Shown one piece after another: positions 29,901 to 39,398 of a DNA stretch of 46,641 nucleotides (position 1 is the stretch's first letter; every line of letters begins with the position of its first letter). Location: NCBI GenBank assembly GCA_050950285.1, contig JBMNHG010000003.1:802337-848977 (forward strand), read 5' to 3'. The notes beneath the pieces were generated by a model. That model made no database searches. It saw nothing but the letters and a program-made list of their open reading frames with translations, and was not told where the DNA came from. The stretch is from Kiritimatiellia bacterium. GTDB taxonomy: Bacteria; Verrucomicrobiota; Kiritimatiellia; RFP12; JBMNHG01. The position numbers and the translations under genes are program-made.

Positions 29901-30078
29901 CGCGTTCGTCTGCGCGGGGACGCTCGAGGAGCGCATCGACGAACTCATCGAGCGGAAGATCGCCCTTGCGGGGGACTTGCTGGAGGAGGGCGAATCCTGG
30001 CTCTCCGAACTGGACGACCGCGCCCTCCGCGGCGTCCTGGAACTTTCCGCCGACGTCGTCCCCGGCGATTCCCTGTGA
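26998..30078 (+). CDS. SNF2-family (Swi2/Snf2) DEAQ-box helicase
   Basis: LADDMGLGKT, LDEAQNIKN, ALTGTPVEN, GLNLTAAN and WWNPAVENQATDRAHRIGQ. Confidence 0.92.
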   Translation: MRILHAAWLPSELLLWGTTSEADEPLRVSSAAELRSALRSIPGMASAASAPVEAVTARLPVDGGRIVRDGRRPAKPSRGAPASFSRLRVEALRLPWGAWGDLSAAIPLPGEGAAPVSRRVATLLARGVQAGNDVLAWTALWRYAGSLVCRQCYLPGIEEGARGVFEARWRPILVGPEAPRLQRLASALPDCAFALGDAGESRESGAEAFLGAALDFLVRRAATTPLTRAHAARGIFASAHDAWLAALRADSPRIEWESAADLEDLRARLFRWSLPATVDAARLRIRLEDPAPGSPGDWRLAVSVAKEGEEAGAPFASLPLRDRVAALMAWGQAAKLCPLFEEAFDGDGDARASGRSGALSARIGATRAHAFLRSFAPLLASAGYSVLLPDWWRPADGTPRPRLELQGRVVSLEGAADDVDGGPAKARPADAAPLSATVRWEVALGDETLTIEDIDALAAEGAPLVACRGRWIEVDRSTLSAARRMLETPQDERISMADLLRLALGGGARRGLPVAAIRADGPAKRLLEHLQGGASAPAPASQPIDFQGELRPYQLRGLSWMLFLRQWGFGACLADDMGLGKTIQALALLLAVRAAGERRPALLVCPTTLIGNWLREAGRFAPSLDAIAHHGPDRLEGEFFRDEAARHGLVVTSYALLQRDFATLRRVAWSGLLLDEAQNIKNADTRQSRAARALKADYRVALTGTPVENHAGELWTLMDFLNPGLLGDRASFRRHIQLPLQTGTDLSAGPRLRRLVRPFILRRMKTDPGICAELPEKISQKIYCPITREQAALYAAELRRLDEDLASAASSTRRGMVLATLTRLKQICNHPAHYLDDGSPLEGRSGKLARLEAMVGEMLETGDRALVFTQFVKMGELLRRHLDDLYGCGAPLLHGGLGRFDRDRIVEDFQSPDGPPVLILSLRAGGTGLNLTAANRVVHFDRWWNPAVENQATDRAHRIGQTRTVTVHAFVCAGTLEERIDELIERKIALAGDLLEEGESWLSELDDRALRGVLELSADVVPGDSL

Positions 30079-30190
30079 AGGCGGGCGGGAAGGCGGCGCG
30101 CCGCGGAACCGCCTCCCCCGGGCGGGAGAAAAGCGGCGCGCCGCGAACGGCGGAGGCGGGGGAGGGAGGTCCTGCCGGCGGAGGGAGGGG

Positions 30191-32044
30191 TCAGCGGCCC
30201 ATGCGGCGGCGCATCTGACGGGTCATCTCCGGATGGCCTACGTCGACAACCGCCTGCGACGCGGGCACGGATTTCTTGGCCGCGCGCTGCTGGAACCACG
30301 TCTGGCCGATGGCGAGGAGGTTGCTCACCGTCCAGTAGAGGACGAGACCCGACGAGAGCGGGTAGAACATCAGGAGCATCATCACGGGCATCAGCCACGT
30401 CATCATCTTCTGCTGCGAGGCGTCGCCGCCCATGCTGGCCGTCGAGAGCTTGGTCTGGAGGATCATGGTGGCGGCCATCACGATGGGCAGGATGTTCAGG
30501 CTGTAAAAGAAGGGGATTTTGCCCGCGAAGAGGTTCTCGGCCTCGCTGAGGTCGGCGATCCAGAGGAACGGCGCGAAGCGGAGTTCGACCGCGCTGCGGA
30601 GCACGGTGTACATCGCGATGAGCACCGGCATCTGGAGCAGGAGCGGGAGGCAGCTGGACATCGGGTTCACGCGGTTCTCGCGGTAGAGCAGGAGCGTCTC
30701 CTGCTGGAGCTTCTGCGGATCGTCCTTGAACTTCTCCTGCAGCTCCTTCAGTTTCGGCTGAATCTCTTGCATGCGCTTCGCGCCCTGCGTGCCCTTGTGG
30801 GTGAGCGGCCAGAGGAGGAGGCGGATCAGGAGGGTCAGGAGGATGATGGCGACGCCGTAGTTTCCGCCGCCGATCACCGCGAGCCCGTTCAGCAGGGGCA
30901 CGAGCGCGAGGCAGATCCAGGTGAGCTTGCCGAATTGCATCACCTGGTAGCGACGCCCGCCCATGTTCCAGAACGACGAGAGGCGCTTGGGGCCGAGGTA
31001 GAGGCTCGACGTGCGGACGGCTTCCCCGCCCGCATCGATCTGGACGGGCTCGTATCGCACGGTGGCGGCGACGCTCTCGAGGGAGAGGCGCGCGTCGCGC
31101 GCGTCGCGCGAGACCTGCATCGTGTAGCCGATGTTCGGCTGGTCGCCGGAGAAGAGGGAGACGAAGAAGCGGGACTTGATGGCAATCCAATCGCAGGCCC
31201 CCGGGTAATCCCTCGTGACGGACTCGGGCAGGTCGCGCGCGTCGGGGGGGCCGCCGCACCCGCCGCCGCGCGCGCCGAAGAACCCCGCCAGTTTCGTGTC
31301 GAAGTGCTCGGCCTTGGACGTCCCGGAGCGGAGGGCGTCGATGCCCAGGGACGGGGCTTGATAGCGCGATTGCCTGTTGGAACTGCCGCTGCGCTCCACG
31401 TGCATCACGCCCAGCGAGACGGTGTTCGTCGGGAGGACCATCGCGTTGGAGGTGGTGTTCCGGAAGACGTCCCGCACGGACACCTCGTAGTTGGGGAGCA
31501 GGGTGATGGTTCGTTCGAAGACCAGTCCGGAAGGCGTCGTGCGGCGGAGGACGGCATTCGTGCCGCCTTCGTCGCCTTCCAGTTCGAAGGCGGATTGGGG
31601 GCCGACCCCGGGAACCCCGGTGACGGCGAGGGCGGGGCTGTCGGTGAATTCCAGCACGACGTTCCCGCTGTCTTTCGCGACATCCTTCTTGTACTGCAAG
31701 AGCGTTGCGCGGGTCAGGACGCCGCCGTGCGAAGAGATCTCCAGCTCGATTTCGTCGGAATGGAGGGCGAGCGTTTTTTCCTCCACCCGCTCTTCCTCGG
31801 GTTCGGCTTCCGCCTCTGCGGTTGCATCGTCCGGCGAAGCCGTAAGGACGGTTTCGGAACCGCCGGCCGCCGGCGTGGACGTTTCGAGGAAGGCTTGGCG
31901 TTGGGCCTGTTGCAGGAAGGCCTGTTCGGCCCGTTGCTTCGCGATGGCTTGGGCACGCGCCGCGGCCTGCCGCTGCTGGAGGTGCATGATGCCTACAAGG
32001 AGCGCGAAGAGCAGGAAGACGATGAGTTTTTCAGTCTTGTTCAT
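30191..32044 (-). CDS. yidC: Membrane protein insertase YidC
   Basis: [49 protein letters not shown] and GLVLYW; operon context. Confidence 0.95.
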   Translation of the reverse strand: MNKTEKLIVFLLFALLVGIMHLQQRQAAARAQAIAKQRAEQAFLQQAQRQAFLETSTPAAGGSETVLTASPDDATAEAEAEPEEERVEEKTLALHSDEIELEISSHGGVLTRATLLQYKKDVAKDSGNVVLEFTDSPALAVTGVPGVGPQSAFELEGDEGGTNAVLRRTTPSGLVFERTITLLPNYEVSVRDVFRNTTSNAMVLPTNTVSLGVMHVERSGSSNRQSRYQAPSLGIDALRSGTSKAEHFDTKLAGFFGARGGGCGGPPDARDLPESVTRDYPGACDWIAIKSRFFVSLFSGDQPNIGYTMQVSRDARDARLSLESVAATVRYEPVQIDAGGEAVRTSSLYLGPKRLSSFWNMGGRRYQVMQFGKLTWICLALVPLLNGLAVIGGGNYGVAIILLTLLIRLLLWPLTHKGTQGAKRMQEIQPKLKELQEKFKDDPQKLQQETLLLYRENRVNPMSSCLPLLLQMPVLIAMYTVLRSAVELRFAPFLWIADLSEAENLFAGKIPFFYSLNILPIVMAATMILQTKLSTASMGGDASQQKMMTWLMPVMMLLMFYPLSSGLVLYWTVSNLLAIGQTWFQQRAAKKSVPASQAVVDVGHPEMTRQMRRRMGR

Positions 32045-32322
32045 GGAAGAGGTCTTTCCCCTTGTCGGGAGGGAGGGACGGGGTCGAAGCCGGAGGGCCC
32101 GAAGGGGCGGCACCGCATGAGCCGCCGGAGGGTGAGACAGGAGCCGCGCAGCGGGCCATGCGCGCGAAGTGCCTCGATGGCGTACTGGGAGCAGGAGGGG
32201 GTAAAGCGGCAGGAGGGCGGCAGAAACGGGGACAGGACCACCTGGTAGGCGCGCACGAGGGCGATGAGGACGGAGGCGAGCAGGCGGCCCGGCAATCGAA
32301 GCAGCGGCAGCATGGTGGTCAA
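32041..32322 (-). CDS. yidD: Membrane protein insertion efficiency factor YidD
   Basis: [33 protein letters not shown]; lies between rnpA and yidC. Confidence 0.93.
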   Translation of the reverse strand: MTTMLPLLRLPGRLLASVLIALVRAYQVVLSPFLPPSCRFTPSCSQYAIEALRAHGPLRGSCLTLRRLMRCRPFGPSGFDPVPPSRQGERPLP

Positions 32323-32714
32323 GCCAGGATGCCCGCCTTGCGGCAGGCCTTTTGGAAGTCGGCAGTCAAGGCGGCGAAGTCCAGGGAACGGATGCGCGGA
32401 CGAGCCACCAGGACCAAATCCACGCCGGGCCGAAGGAAGTCGCGGTTCAACCGGAAGATTTCCCGCATGCGGCGGCGCGCACGATTGCGGTCCACGGCGT
32501 CATGGAAGGAGCGCTTGCTGGCGACTACGCCCAGGCGGATTTCGCATCCGTCGGCGGGAGTCCACCACAGGACGATCCCCCGGCCCGCCACGGACTTTCC
32601 GCCGTCGAAGACGCGCTTGTAGCCCGCCGGGTCGAGACGGCGCTCCCGCGGGAGCCGCACATCGCGCCGAATCTCGTGGGAGACGGGATCCGGACCGGTT
32701 TCCGGGTCGTCCAT
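32319..32714 (-). CDS. rnpA: Ribonuclease P protein component
   Basis: [25 protein letters not shown] (RNR motif). Confidence 0.93.
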   Translation of the reverse strand: MDDPETGPDPVSHEIRRDVRLPRERRLDPAGYKRVFDGGKSVAGRGIVLWWTPADGCEIRLGVVASKRSFHDAVDRNRARRRMREIFRLNRDFLRPGVDLVLVARPRIRSLDFAALTADFQKACRKAGILA

Positions 32715-32732
32715 GCGCACGGATCCAGTGGA

Positions 32733-32867
32733 TCAGACCGTGAGGCGGGCGCGGCCCTTCTTGCGGCGACGGGTGATGATGGCGCGGCCACCCCGGGTGG
32801 CCATGCGGGCGCGGAAGCCCAACTTGCGGGCACGCTTGATCTTGGAGGGTTGCCAAAGCTGCTTCAT
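32733..32867 (-). CDS. rpmH: 50S ribosomal protein L34 (44 aa; below the ORF-track cutoff)
   Basis: [44 protein letters not shown]. Confidence 0.95.
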   Translation of the reverse strand: MKQLWQPSKIKRARKLGFRARMATRGGRAIITRRRKKGRARLTV

Positions 32868-32940
32868 GGGGTTCTACCTTATGGAGATGAATGGAGTCGA
32901 ACAGCGTACCATCCCCCCCTGTCCCCGTCAAGCCTTGCGG

Positions 32941-34378
32941 GGACTTTCCCCAAAAAATCGGGTCATTCCAGAAAGACCAGCCCGAGCGGGTTTGATTCGA
33001 TGTCTGGCGGCTTGTAGCCGTTCCATTTCCCGTGGCGCGTGAAGAGCCTCCCGAGGCCGTCGGCGACGGCGTAGTGGAGGAACTCGGACACTCCGTAGAT
33101 GCGCTTGGCGGCGTGGGCGATGTTGGCCGTCAGGATCTCGCAGCGCAGCCGTCCGGCCAGCCAGACGCAGTTGAAGCAGATGACGGCCAGCAGCAGCGCG
33201 ACCATGTTTTTCAGGCGCCGGTACGTCAGGACCCGGACGTCCTCGAGGTTGTAGCTCTGCTTGACGAAGCGGATCGCGTCCTCGACGCGCCACCGCGTCA
33301 GATAGCCCTCGACGACCTGCCACAGGGACTTGCGCGACGTCGTCCCGGCCAGCGTGGTCAGCAGGAGCATCGGCTGTTCGCCGAACCCCTTCACCACGAC
33401 CATGCGCAGGGGCTTGTCGGGCCTCTGCGGCAGGGCGACGGTCATGGCGCCGAACTCCAGCTTATAGCTTTTCACCCCGTCCCCCGTCTCCCTCGTGACG
33501 ATCTCGATGTGCTTCATGGGGCAGGATGCCGCCAGTTCTTCGGCCAGCGCGGTCCGCCGGCCGTGGAGCAGGTTGCGGTTGCCCACGAGGCGCACGATGT
33601 AGTCCAGTTTGCGCCGGTCCAGGCCGTCGAACAGCCAGTCTCCGTCGCCTCCGCGGCCGATGACGTAGATGCCGCGCTTCTTCGCGCGGGAGCTGATCTG
33701 GTCGATGACGCCGAGCACCTCGTCGTTCTGGCTGATGAAGCCCTCCGCCTCGCTCGACCACAGCCGCATGTGCAACGGCGTGATCCGGCGGCCGCCGCTC
33801 TCGCAGGCGACCGCCAGGCAGGCGCTGTATCCGTTGCCGATCTCCCCCGTGCTCCCGTCCCGGACGCGGGCGAGATATTCCATCTTCTTCGCGTACAGCT
33901 TACGGATGTCGGTCGGGTCGATGACGATCAGCGTGTCCTGATGGACGTGACGCGAGCCCAGACGGGCGACAGCGTCGGAAATCCCCTGCTCGATGCCCTC
34001 GCTCCCGAGCATCCGGCTCAGCCTGTCCTCCAGTTTCTTCATCGATATCGGCTCGTCGAGCGCGCGGGCGATCCGGCTGAGCTTCACGTCCTGCGACGCC
34101 TGTATCCCGTAGACCATGTCGCCCACGAACTTGCCGAGCGGCTTGGAAAACCGGGGGGAAAGTTCCCCCAAAAAATTCTTGAGTTGCTCTCGCGCTTTGA
34201 ACGCCGTTGCGCTATGATTCATGTCGGTTTTCCTTTCCGGTTTTTGGTTGAACCGCCATTTTGGCAGAACCGGCGGAGGAAAACCACTTTTTCACTTTCA
34301 GGCACGCCCGTCAGAGACGCATCCCCTTTGTTTTCAAGGACTTAGATATAATTGCCCCCGATTTTTTGGGGAAAGTCC
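32941..34378 (-). mobile_element. IS4-type insertion sequence with 22-bp perfect terminal inverted repeats
   Basis: ggactttccccaaaaaatcggg (32941-32962) and cccgattttttggggaaagtcc (34357-34378) bracket one transposase ORF. The true ends may extend 2-3 nt further. Confidence 0.85.
32963..34222 (-). CDS. IS4-family DDE transposase
   Basis: IVIDPTD; YREK signature YLTRWRVEDAIRFVK; the second acidic motif reads IGRGGD. Confidence 0.85.
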   Translation of the reverse strand: MNHSATAFKAREQLKNFLGELSPRFSKPLGKFVGDMVYGIQASQDVKLSRIARALDEPISMKKLEDRLSRMLGSEGIEQGISDAVARLGSRHVHQDTLIVIDPTDIRKLYAKKMEYLARVRDGSTGEIGNGYSACLAVACESGGRRITPLHMRLWSSEAEGFISQNDEVLGVIDQISSRAKKRGIYVIGRGGDGDWLFDGLDRRKLDYIVRLVGNRNLLHGRRTALAEELAASCPMKHIEIVTRETGDGVKSYKLEFGAMTVALPQRPDKPLRMVVVKGFGEQPMLLLTTLAGTTSRKSLWQVVEGYLTRWRVEDAIRFVKQSYNLEDVRVLTYRRLKNMVALLLAVICFNCVWLAGRLRCEILTANIAHAAKRIYGVSEFLHYAVADGLGRLFTRHGKWNGYKPPDIESNPLGLVFLE

Positions 34379-34390
34379 TTATGCAAGGGT

Positions 34391-34798
34391 CTATCCAAGC
34401 ACACCGGGGCGAATGCCCCGAGGGATGGAGCGAAGCGACGTAGTCGAAGGGCTTCTCCCGAGTTCGTCGCATTGCCCATGGTCTTCTACGTCTACATCCT
34501 CCACAGGCGCGACGGTCGCATCTCTGATTCTCCATCCCCAATAAGCAGAAATGCCTTTGGCGCCAAGTTCCTTGAATCCGCCGATGAGCACCCCTCGGGC
34601 ATCCTCACTGTTTCGGATTTTCCAGTCGGGTTTTGCGTCAAGGTAGTAATGAACATAACAAAACTTGTCTTCTTTCTTTGTTACAATTTTCCGTTCGGCT
34701 ACATCGGGTGTGCTAGCGGGGGTTCCCTTTACGTCACTATTCCCTGGGCTAGAACAACCGGAAAGAATAAGCGGAAACAGCAATACAATGAGTTTCAT
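34391..34798 (-). CDS. Cassette 3 gene: putative lipoprotein, probably 3'-truncated/chimeric
   Basis: MKLIVLLFPLILSGC lipobox directly after the attC R' site. Below ~34522 the sequence turns GC-rich and no attC follows. Confidence 0.6.
   Translation of the reverse strand: MKLIVLLFPLILSGCSSPGNSDVKGTPASTPDVAERKIVTKKEDKFCYVHYYLDAKPDWKIRNSEDARGVLIGGFKELGAKGISAYWGWRIRDATVAPVEDVDVEDHGQCDELGRSPSTTSLRSIPRGIRPGVLG
34478..34522 (+). pseudogene. N-terminal remnant of a GIY-YIG nuclease-like gene
   Basis: MVFYVYILHRRDGRI resembles the (F/Y)YVYIL..DG..Y start of small GIY-YIG proteins. Preceded by a gagcgaagcgacgtagtcgaaggg REP-like stretch. Confidence 0.45.
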
Positions 34799-34831
34799 TT
34801 CATTCTCGACTACATGAAGTTGTGGTTGAGT

Positions 34832-34962
34832 GTCTAACGTTTTGGCTCACTTGCGGCGGGATTGATGTGCACAAAACTTCAAAAAGCAAACAGAACGTAA
34901 TGAAACCGAAATCTTCAAAAAACCGCACAGCCCCCGCCGTCAAGTGCAGCCAATTGTTAGCC
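34832..34962 (-). other. Integron attC site (131 bp)
   Basis: Minus strand: R'' GGCTAAC, 5-nt spacer, arm GGCT[G]CACTTG[A]CGGCGGG pairing with CCCGCCGCAAGTGAGCC (two extrahelical bases), R' GTTAGAC. Starts 5 nt after the res stop. Confidence 0.9.
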
Positions 34963-34967
34963 CAAAT

Positions 34968-37490
34968 TTACGCCCCATTTTTTTCTAACTCTGCATCAAG
35001 TTTAGAACTGAAATTAAAATTCCCGTTTCTTAAGTGATCAAAATAATAGTCGTAATCTTCAGGCGTCAAAAAGTTAAAATAATATTTCAGTTTATCTTGC
35101 TGTTCGTTTAAAGTTTTAAAATGATTTTTAGCCGCTTTGTATTTTGCCTTATTTTCATCCGATGGTTCTCTGATTTCTTCATCTCCCTTTATTTCAATCA
35201 CCAAAATACTATCACCTATTTTTATAAAGAAATCAGGATTGAATCTTCCTCTTTTGGGATGTTCGCCTTTTTTCCATGAATATTCAATAGGATAAAAATC
35301 TTGATCAGTAGATTTAAGCCATGAGTCAACGGCTTTGGAATTTTCTTGAGCAATAAGCCTTCTGATAAACAGGCGTTCTGGTTTATGATCAGAAATAGCA
35401 AGATTCAATGGCGATTTGAAATTGTAAATATTATCGATCTTTTCCATGGCTGAAACAGGTCTGGTTTCATCCTCCTCAAGGTCTTTAATAAAAGTTACAG
35501 TTTCCTCGTCACTTAATTTTAAGGTCAAATCGTCAAAAAATACAGTCGCATCGCCGCGCTTAATGGCAGCATATCCAACACTATTTCTATTTCTGTTTTT
35601 TGTATCCACTTCAATCAATGCTTTTGGTGACATTCTATATCGAACTGCTTTCGCAGCGGCACGGTGAATGACGCCGAATGCCTGATATATTTTCTGCCTG
35701 TTTTCATCACTGATCTGATCCCTGCTTTCGCCAATACGATCCAGTGAATTCCTGATGAGTTTTTTCAACCAATCCAAATCATATTTTTCTGCATAGTTAG
35801 TGGGATTTTCTGTTTCTGCTGTTTCCATATCAATGGATTTGAAACGATTGTGCAGTTGTTCGGCAATTTCATCAATTGAAAACATTTTGTATTTGACTAA
35901 TGTTTTTTTTCTGCGGCTTTCACCTGTAGTTGCCCGCACATATTCCGTTTCCCGTTCCAAGGCTGGCGACTGGCGGATAAGGGTGATAAATCCTTTTGTA
36001 AATTCGTATTCCTTTTCCTGTTTATATTCTTCGGTTTCGGTGAGTTTTTCGTAGTCGATGTTATGTATGGTGAAATGATAGTCTTGTTCCTTTTCAACAG
36101 GGTAGGAATAAACCCGTTTTTCGATCTCCAACACTTCATCAACAAGATGCTTGATTCTACCTGACCAGCGGTCATGATTAAATACAGTGACCACTGGTTT
36201 TTGGCCCAAATAAACTTCGGGTATGCGCAAGCCTCTGCCAAGCACCTGCGCAATGAGTAGTTTGCTGTCAAATGCTCTTTCTTCATGGGGCACGATCTGA
36301 AAAACATTTTTTACGTCCCAACCCTCGGTCAACATACTCACCGATGTGATCCATTCAACAGGGCTGTCTTTCCTGTCCACGCCTTTCAATTTCCTGACAT
36401 TCTCTTTATGCTTTGGCGACGATGTGACTTCCAAAACCTTTTTGGCGGCATCTTCTTCTGAAATGCCTTCGGTCTCCGCCAAAAATCGAATGAGATCATC
36501 GGTCAGTTTATTGCAGGCTCGAATGTCTTTGGTTATTAAAATTGTTAATGGTCTGACCAGACGATATTTTGTATTCTTGTTTTCGATGTGGTTGTCATAG
36601 ATTTTTTGAAGTTTTTCGTCCTGCGTATTGGATGAATCTTCCGCAACATAATCGATAATTTTTACAAAGCCCTGTTCAATGGCTTCCCGCAAAGAATAGC
36701 GGGCGATGACGTCAGTAAAGTAGTCGTCGCCGATATAACACGTTCCAGAAAGCCCGACGATGTAATTGAATCCAAAATCTTCATCAACTAAAAACTCTTT
36801 CCACTTTTTAAAGGATTTCCCTGTCTGGTTGTAAACATGATGAGTCTCATCATTTACGACCAGCGTTCTGTCGCCTTTGCCTGCCAGACTCTCACGAATC
36901 GATGATTTGACATGCTCATACAGCGCATGGCAGTTTTCAACACAGATGGTTCCCGTGGTGATACTCTCGGTGGCATTGATGATATGCGGATTTTTGATAA
37001 CCGCCTCGTCAGGTAAAAGATTTCGCAAGGTATCATCACCAGAAAGCAGTTTGAACTTTTCCATCAGCCCTTCTTCTATGGTTGTTGACGGGCAAACCAC
37101 CAAAACATAATCCACTGCGCCTTCTGCCAGCAGAATGCGGGCAATGCCATAAATAACATAACTTTTGCCCGTTCCCGTTGCCATGTCCAGTGAGCAGGAT
37201 AATTTATCGGGGAATTGCAGGTGTTTCTTGAACTGTTCAAATGTGCCGTAAAACGTTTGCAGCGTCTCATTATTATGATAATTTTCTTCGGCAAGGTCGG
37301 TTACATTCTTATAATTTCCGCTTAAAAGGTAAGCAAGTGTATTGCGGATTGCCGTTTTCTGATATTCCCGTTCACCGCACAGGGCGTCCAAAAAGCCTTC
37401 GTATTTATTAATATCAAACACAGCGGGATTGACACTTTTGCTGACGTTTAAAACAAGATCCTGGTTGAGAAAGCGTTGATGATCCAGCAT
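34968..37490 (-). CDS. res: Type III restriction-modification Res subunit (SF2 helicase + PD-(D/E)xK nuclease)
   Basis: MATGTGKS, DETHH, MLTEGWD and QVLGRGLR; C-terminal PDFF..IEIKG. ATG 37490 follows GGAGG, 1 nt after the mod stop. Confidence 0.85.
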   Translation of the reverse strand: MLDHQRFLNQDLVLNVSKSVNPAVFDINKYEGFLDALCGEREYQKTAIRNTLAYLLSGNYKNVTDLAEENYHNNETLQTFYGTFEQFKKHLQFPDKLSCSLDMATGTGKSYVIYGIARILLAEGAVDYVLVVCPSTTIEEGLMEKFKLLSGDDTLRNLLPDEAVIKNPHIINATESITTGTICVENCHALYEHVKSSIRESLAGKGDRTLVVNDETHHVYNQTGKSFKKWKEFLVDEDFGFNYIVGLSGTCYIGDDYFTDVIARYSLREAIEQGFVKIIDYVAEDSSNTQDEKLQKIYDNHIENKNTKYRLVRPLTILITKDIRACNKLTDDLIRFLAETEGISEEDAAKKVLEVTSSPKHKENVRKLKGVDRKDSPVEWITSVSMLTEGWDVKNVFQIVPHEERAFDSKLLIAQVLGRGLRIPEVYLGQKPVVTVFNHDRWSGRIKHLVDEVLEIEKRVYSYPVEKEQDYHFTIHNIDYEKLTETEEYKQEKEYEFTKGFITLIRQSPALERETEYVRATTGESRRKKTLVKYKMFSIDEIAEQLHNRFKSIDMETAETENPTNYAEKYDLDWLKKLIRNSLDRIGESRDQISDENRQKIYQAFGVIHRAAAKAVRYRMSPKALIEVDTKNRNRNSVGYAAIKRGDATVFFDDLTLKLSDEETVTFIKDLEEDETRPVSAMEKIDNIYNFKSPLNLAISDHKPERLFIRRLIAQENSKAVDSWLKSTDQDFYPIEYSWKKGEHPKRGRFNPDFFIKIGDSILVIEIKGDEEIREPSDENKAKYKAAKNHFKTLNEQQDKLKYYFNFLTPEDYDYYFDHLRNGNFNFSSKLDAELEKNGA

Positions 37491-37491
37491 A

Positions 37492-39381
37492 TTATTTGCC
37501 TCCCCGTTTAATTTGCTTTGAACCACCAAAATCTTGCAGCGCCTTTATTTCCCGATATTCATTTCCGTATATATCCAGATAAATAATCATGATCTGCTTT
37601 TTAATATTTTCCAAAGGTAATAATACCTTCCAGCCGTTTTTCTCAATTTCGCTGGCGTAATAGGATTTATCCAGGTTGAATATTTCGCCATCATAATCAA
37701 AATCCACCATGATCATGGAAAGCGATTCCCGATTTCCCAATTGACTTGCGCCTTTTAGCATGGCTTCGCTTTTGAATGTTTTGATTTTAATAACCGCATA
37801 TTCAAGCAGTTGATCTTTTGGTTTTTCTATTGAATAGGCACATTCCACTTTAGGCTGGCGAATAAAATCAAAACCGACGGCGTCCACCGTATCATTGACC
37901 TGACTTTCATCAATGGGTTGTTTTATGGCTTCAAAGTCTTTGCTGTGCAGTTCATTGATAATTGAATAGGGAATACGAAGGATATAATAGCGCACCGAAC
38001 CCTTATCAATGTAATCCTCCAGAAAGGTGACGCTGGCGGCAGGGGCGATAATAAAAAACTGGCTGCCGATTTTGGAACCGATCATCGAATGCAGGTCGTC
38101 GATAAAACCGTAATCCAGCACCACGCCGCCCTCTTTTTGATAATCAAAAACCAGCACGTCGGAACGGCCCTTGTAACCGTCCAATTCAATGCCTGAAACG
38201 GTGTGCTTGCTGTCCCGGCAATTAAAAAGCAATAGGGCGAATTTGCGCCATTCTGGCCAGGGCAATTTTTTCAGCATGGCGAAATCGTAAAGCCCTGCAT
38301 GATACAAAGTAAATGGTTTTGGTTTTAATTTTTTGCCCTTGTTGCCGATCTCGCTTTTCAGATTGAGCAGGCGTTTTTGCATGGTGTAAATGGCCAGTTT
38401 GCCGCAGTCGATGCCGATCCAGCGGCGACCCAATTTCTCGGCAACGGCTAATGTTGTCCCTGATCCTGCAAATGCGTCTAATACAATGTCACCTTCGTTT
38501 GATGAAGCCTTTATTATTCTTTCATGAAGGGCTTCTGGTTTTTGAGTAGGGTAACCTATTCTCTCTTTTGCCATTGAATTGATATAAGGAATATCATGCC
38601 ACCAGTCCTTTGCTCTTGCTCCATCTTTTTGATATAATTTATATTTTTTACCATTTAAATATTGCCATCTATATTTCCCATTTTCATCTTCTTCTGTAAA
38701 ATGAGAGCCTTCATCTGCATAAGCCTCATACACATCATTCCAAATATATTTATCTTTCTTTGAATAAAATAACAATGTTTCATGCGATTTCTGAAAGGCT
38801 TTTGATGCAGCAGTCCAGCGTCTATATCCCCAAATAATTTCATTTCTAAAATTATTTTCAGAAAAAATCTCGTCCATTATAATTTTTGCATAGTGCGTTT
38901 TTTTCCAATCAAGATGAACATAAATACTCCCATCATCTGCAAGCAATTCTCTCAAAAAAATTAACCTTTTTCTTAAAAACTCAACAAATTTTGCCCCAGA
39001 AATTTTATCCTGATAAGCCTTCTGATCCTGACTTCCCCGAAATTCCTGTTTAGTCGCAAACGGTGGATCGATATAGATCAGTTTTACCTGTCCTTTCACT
39101 TCAGGATCATCGAGCAGGGATTTAATTACCTGCAAGTTATCACCGAAAATTAGTTTGTTCGTCCAACCGTTGCCGTTTGTGCCAAAGGTTTTAATAGGCT
39201 GCAATGGCACGGCCATGGTATCGGCCAAAATATCTTCTTCCCGCTCCTTTCCCGCATACACCAGTTCGTATTCCTTTTTTTCAGGCGGAAACAGGATATG
39301 CTTGTAATCCAAAGGCAGGTCTTCGCCTTTTTCCAGCAATTCAATTATTCTTCTTCTGTCTCGTTCGTTCAACTTTGCCAC
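37492..39381 (-). CDS. mod: Type III Mod-like beta-class adenine DNA methyltransferase
   Basis: GDNL, IYIDPPF (motif IV), YPTQKPE and DAFAGSGTT (motif I). GTG 39381 after AAGGAG. Confidence 0.88.
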   Translation of the reverse strand: MAKLNERDRRRIIELLEKGEDLPLDYKHILFPPEKKEYELVYAGKEREEDILADTMAVPLQPIKTFGTNGNGWTNKLIFGDNLQVIKSLLDDPEVKGQVKLIYIDPPFATKQEFRGSQDQKAYQDKISGAKFVEFLRKRLIFLRELLADDGSIYVHLDWKKTHYAKIIMDEIFSENNFRNEIIWGYRRWTAASKAFQKSHETLLFYSKKDKYIWNDVYEAYADEGSHFTEEDENGKYRWQYLNGKKYKLYQKDGARAKDWWHDIPYINSMAKERIGYPTQKPEALHERIIKASSNEGDIVLDAFAGSGTTLAVAEKLGRRWIGIDCGKLAIYTMQKRLLNLKSEIGNKGKKLKPKPFTLYHAGLYDFAMLKKLPWPEWRKFALLLFNCRDSKHTVSGIELDGYKGRSDVLVFDYQKEGGVVLDYGFIDDLHSMIGSKIGSQFFIIAPAASVTFLEDYIDKGSVRYYILRIPYSIINELHSKDFEAIKQPIDESQVNDTVDAVGFDFIRQPKVECAYSIEKPKDQLLEYAVIKIKTFKSEAMLKGASQLGNRESLSMIMVDFDYDGEIFNLDKSYYASEIEKNGWKVLLPLENIKKQIMIIYLDIYGNEYREIKALQDFGGSKQIKRGGK

Positions 39382-39398
39382 AAGCAAACTCCTTATGC

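Noticed and set aside
18293..29901. Very long antisense and alternative-frame ORFs (2949, 1320, 1212, 1098, 1010 aa)
   Set aside because: Shadow ORFs of high-GC genes: Arg/Pro/Gly-rich, no motifs, and they overlap well-supported CDSs.
26998..30078. SNF2 helicase as part of a defence system
   Set aside because: Host-like GC, housekeeping context, and no methylase, nuclease or SWIM partner adjacent.
32868..32940. oriC/dnaA next to rpmH
   Set aside because: No dnaA ORF and no TTATCCACA boxes seen; an IS occupies the position.
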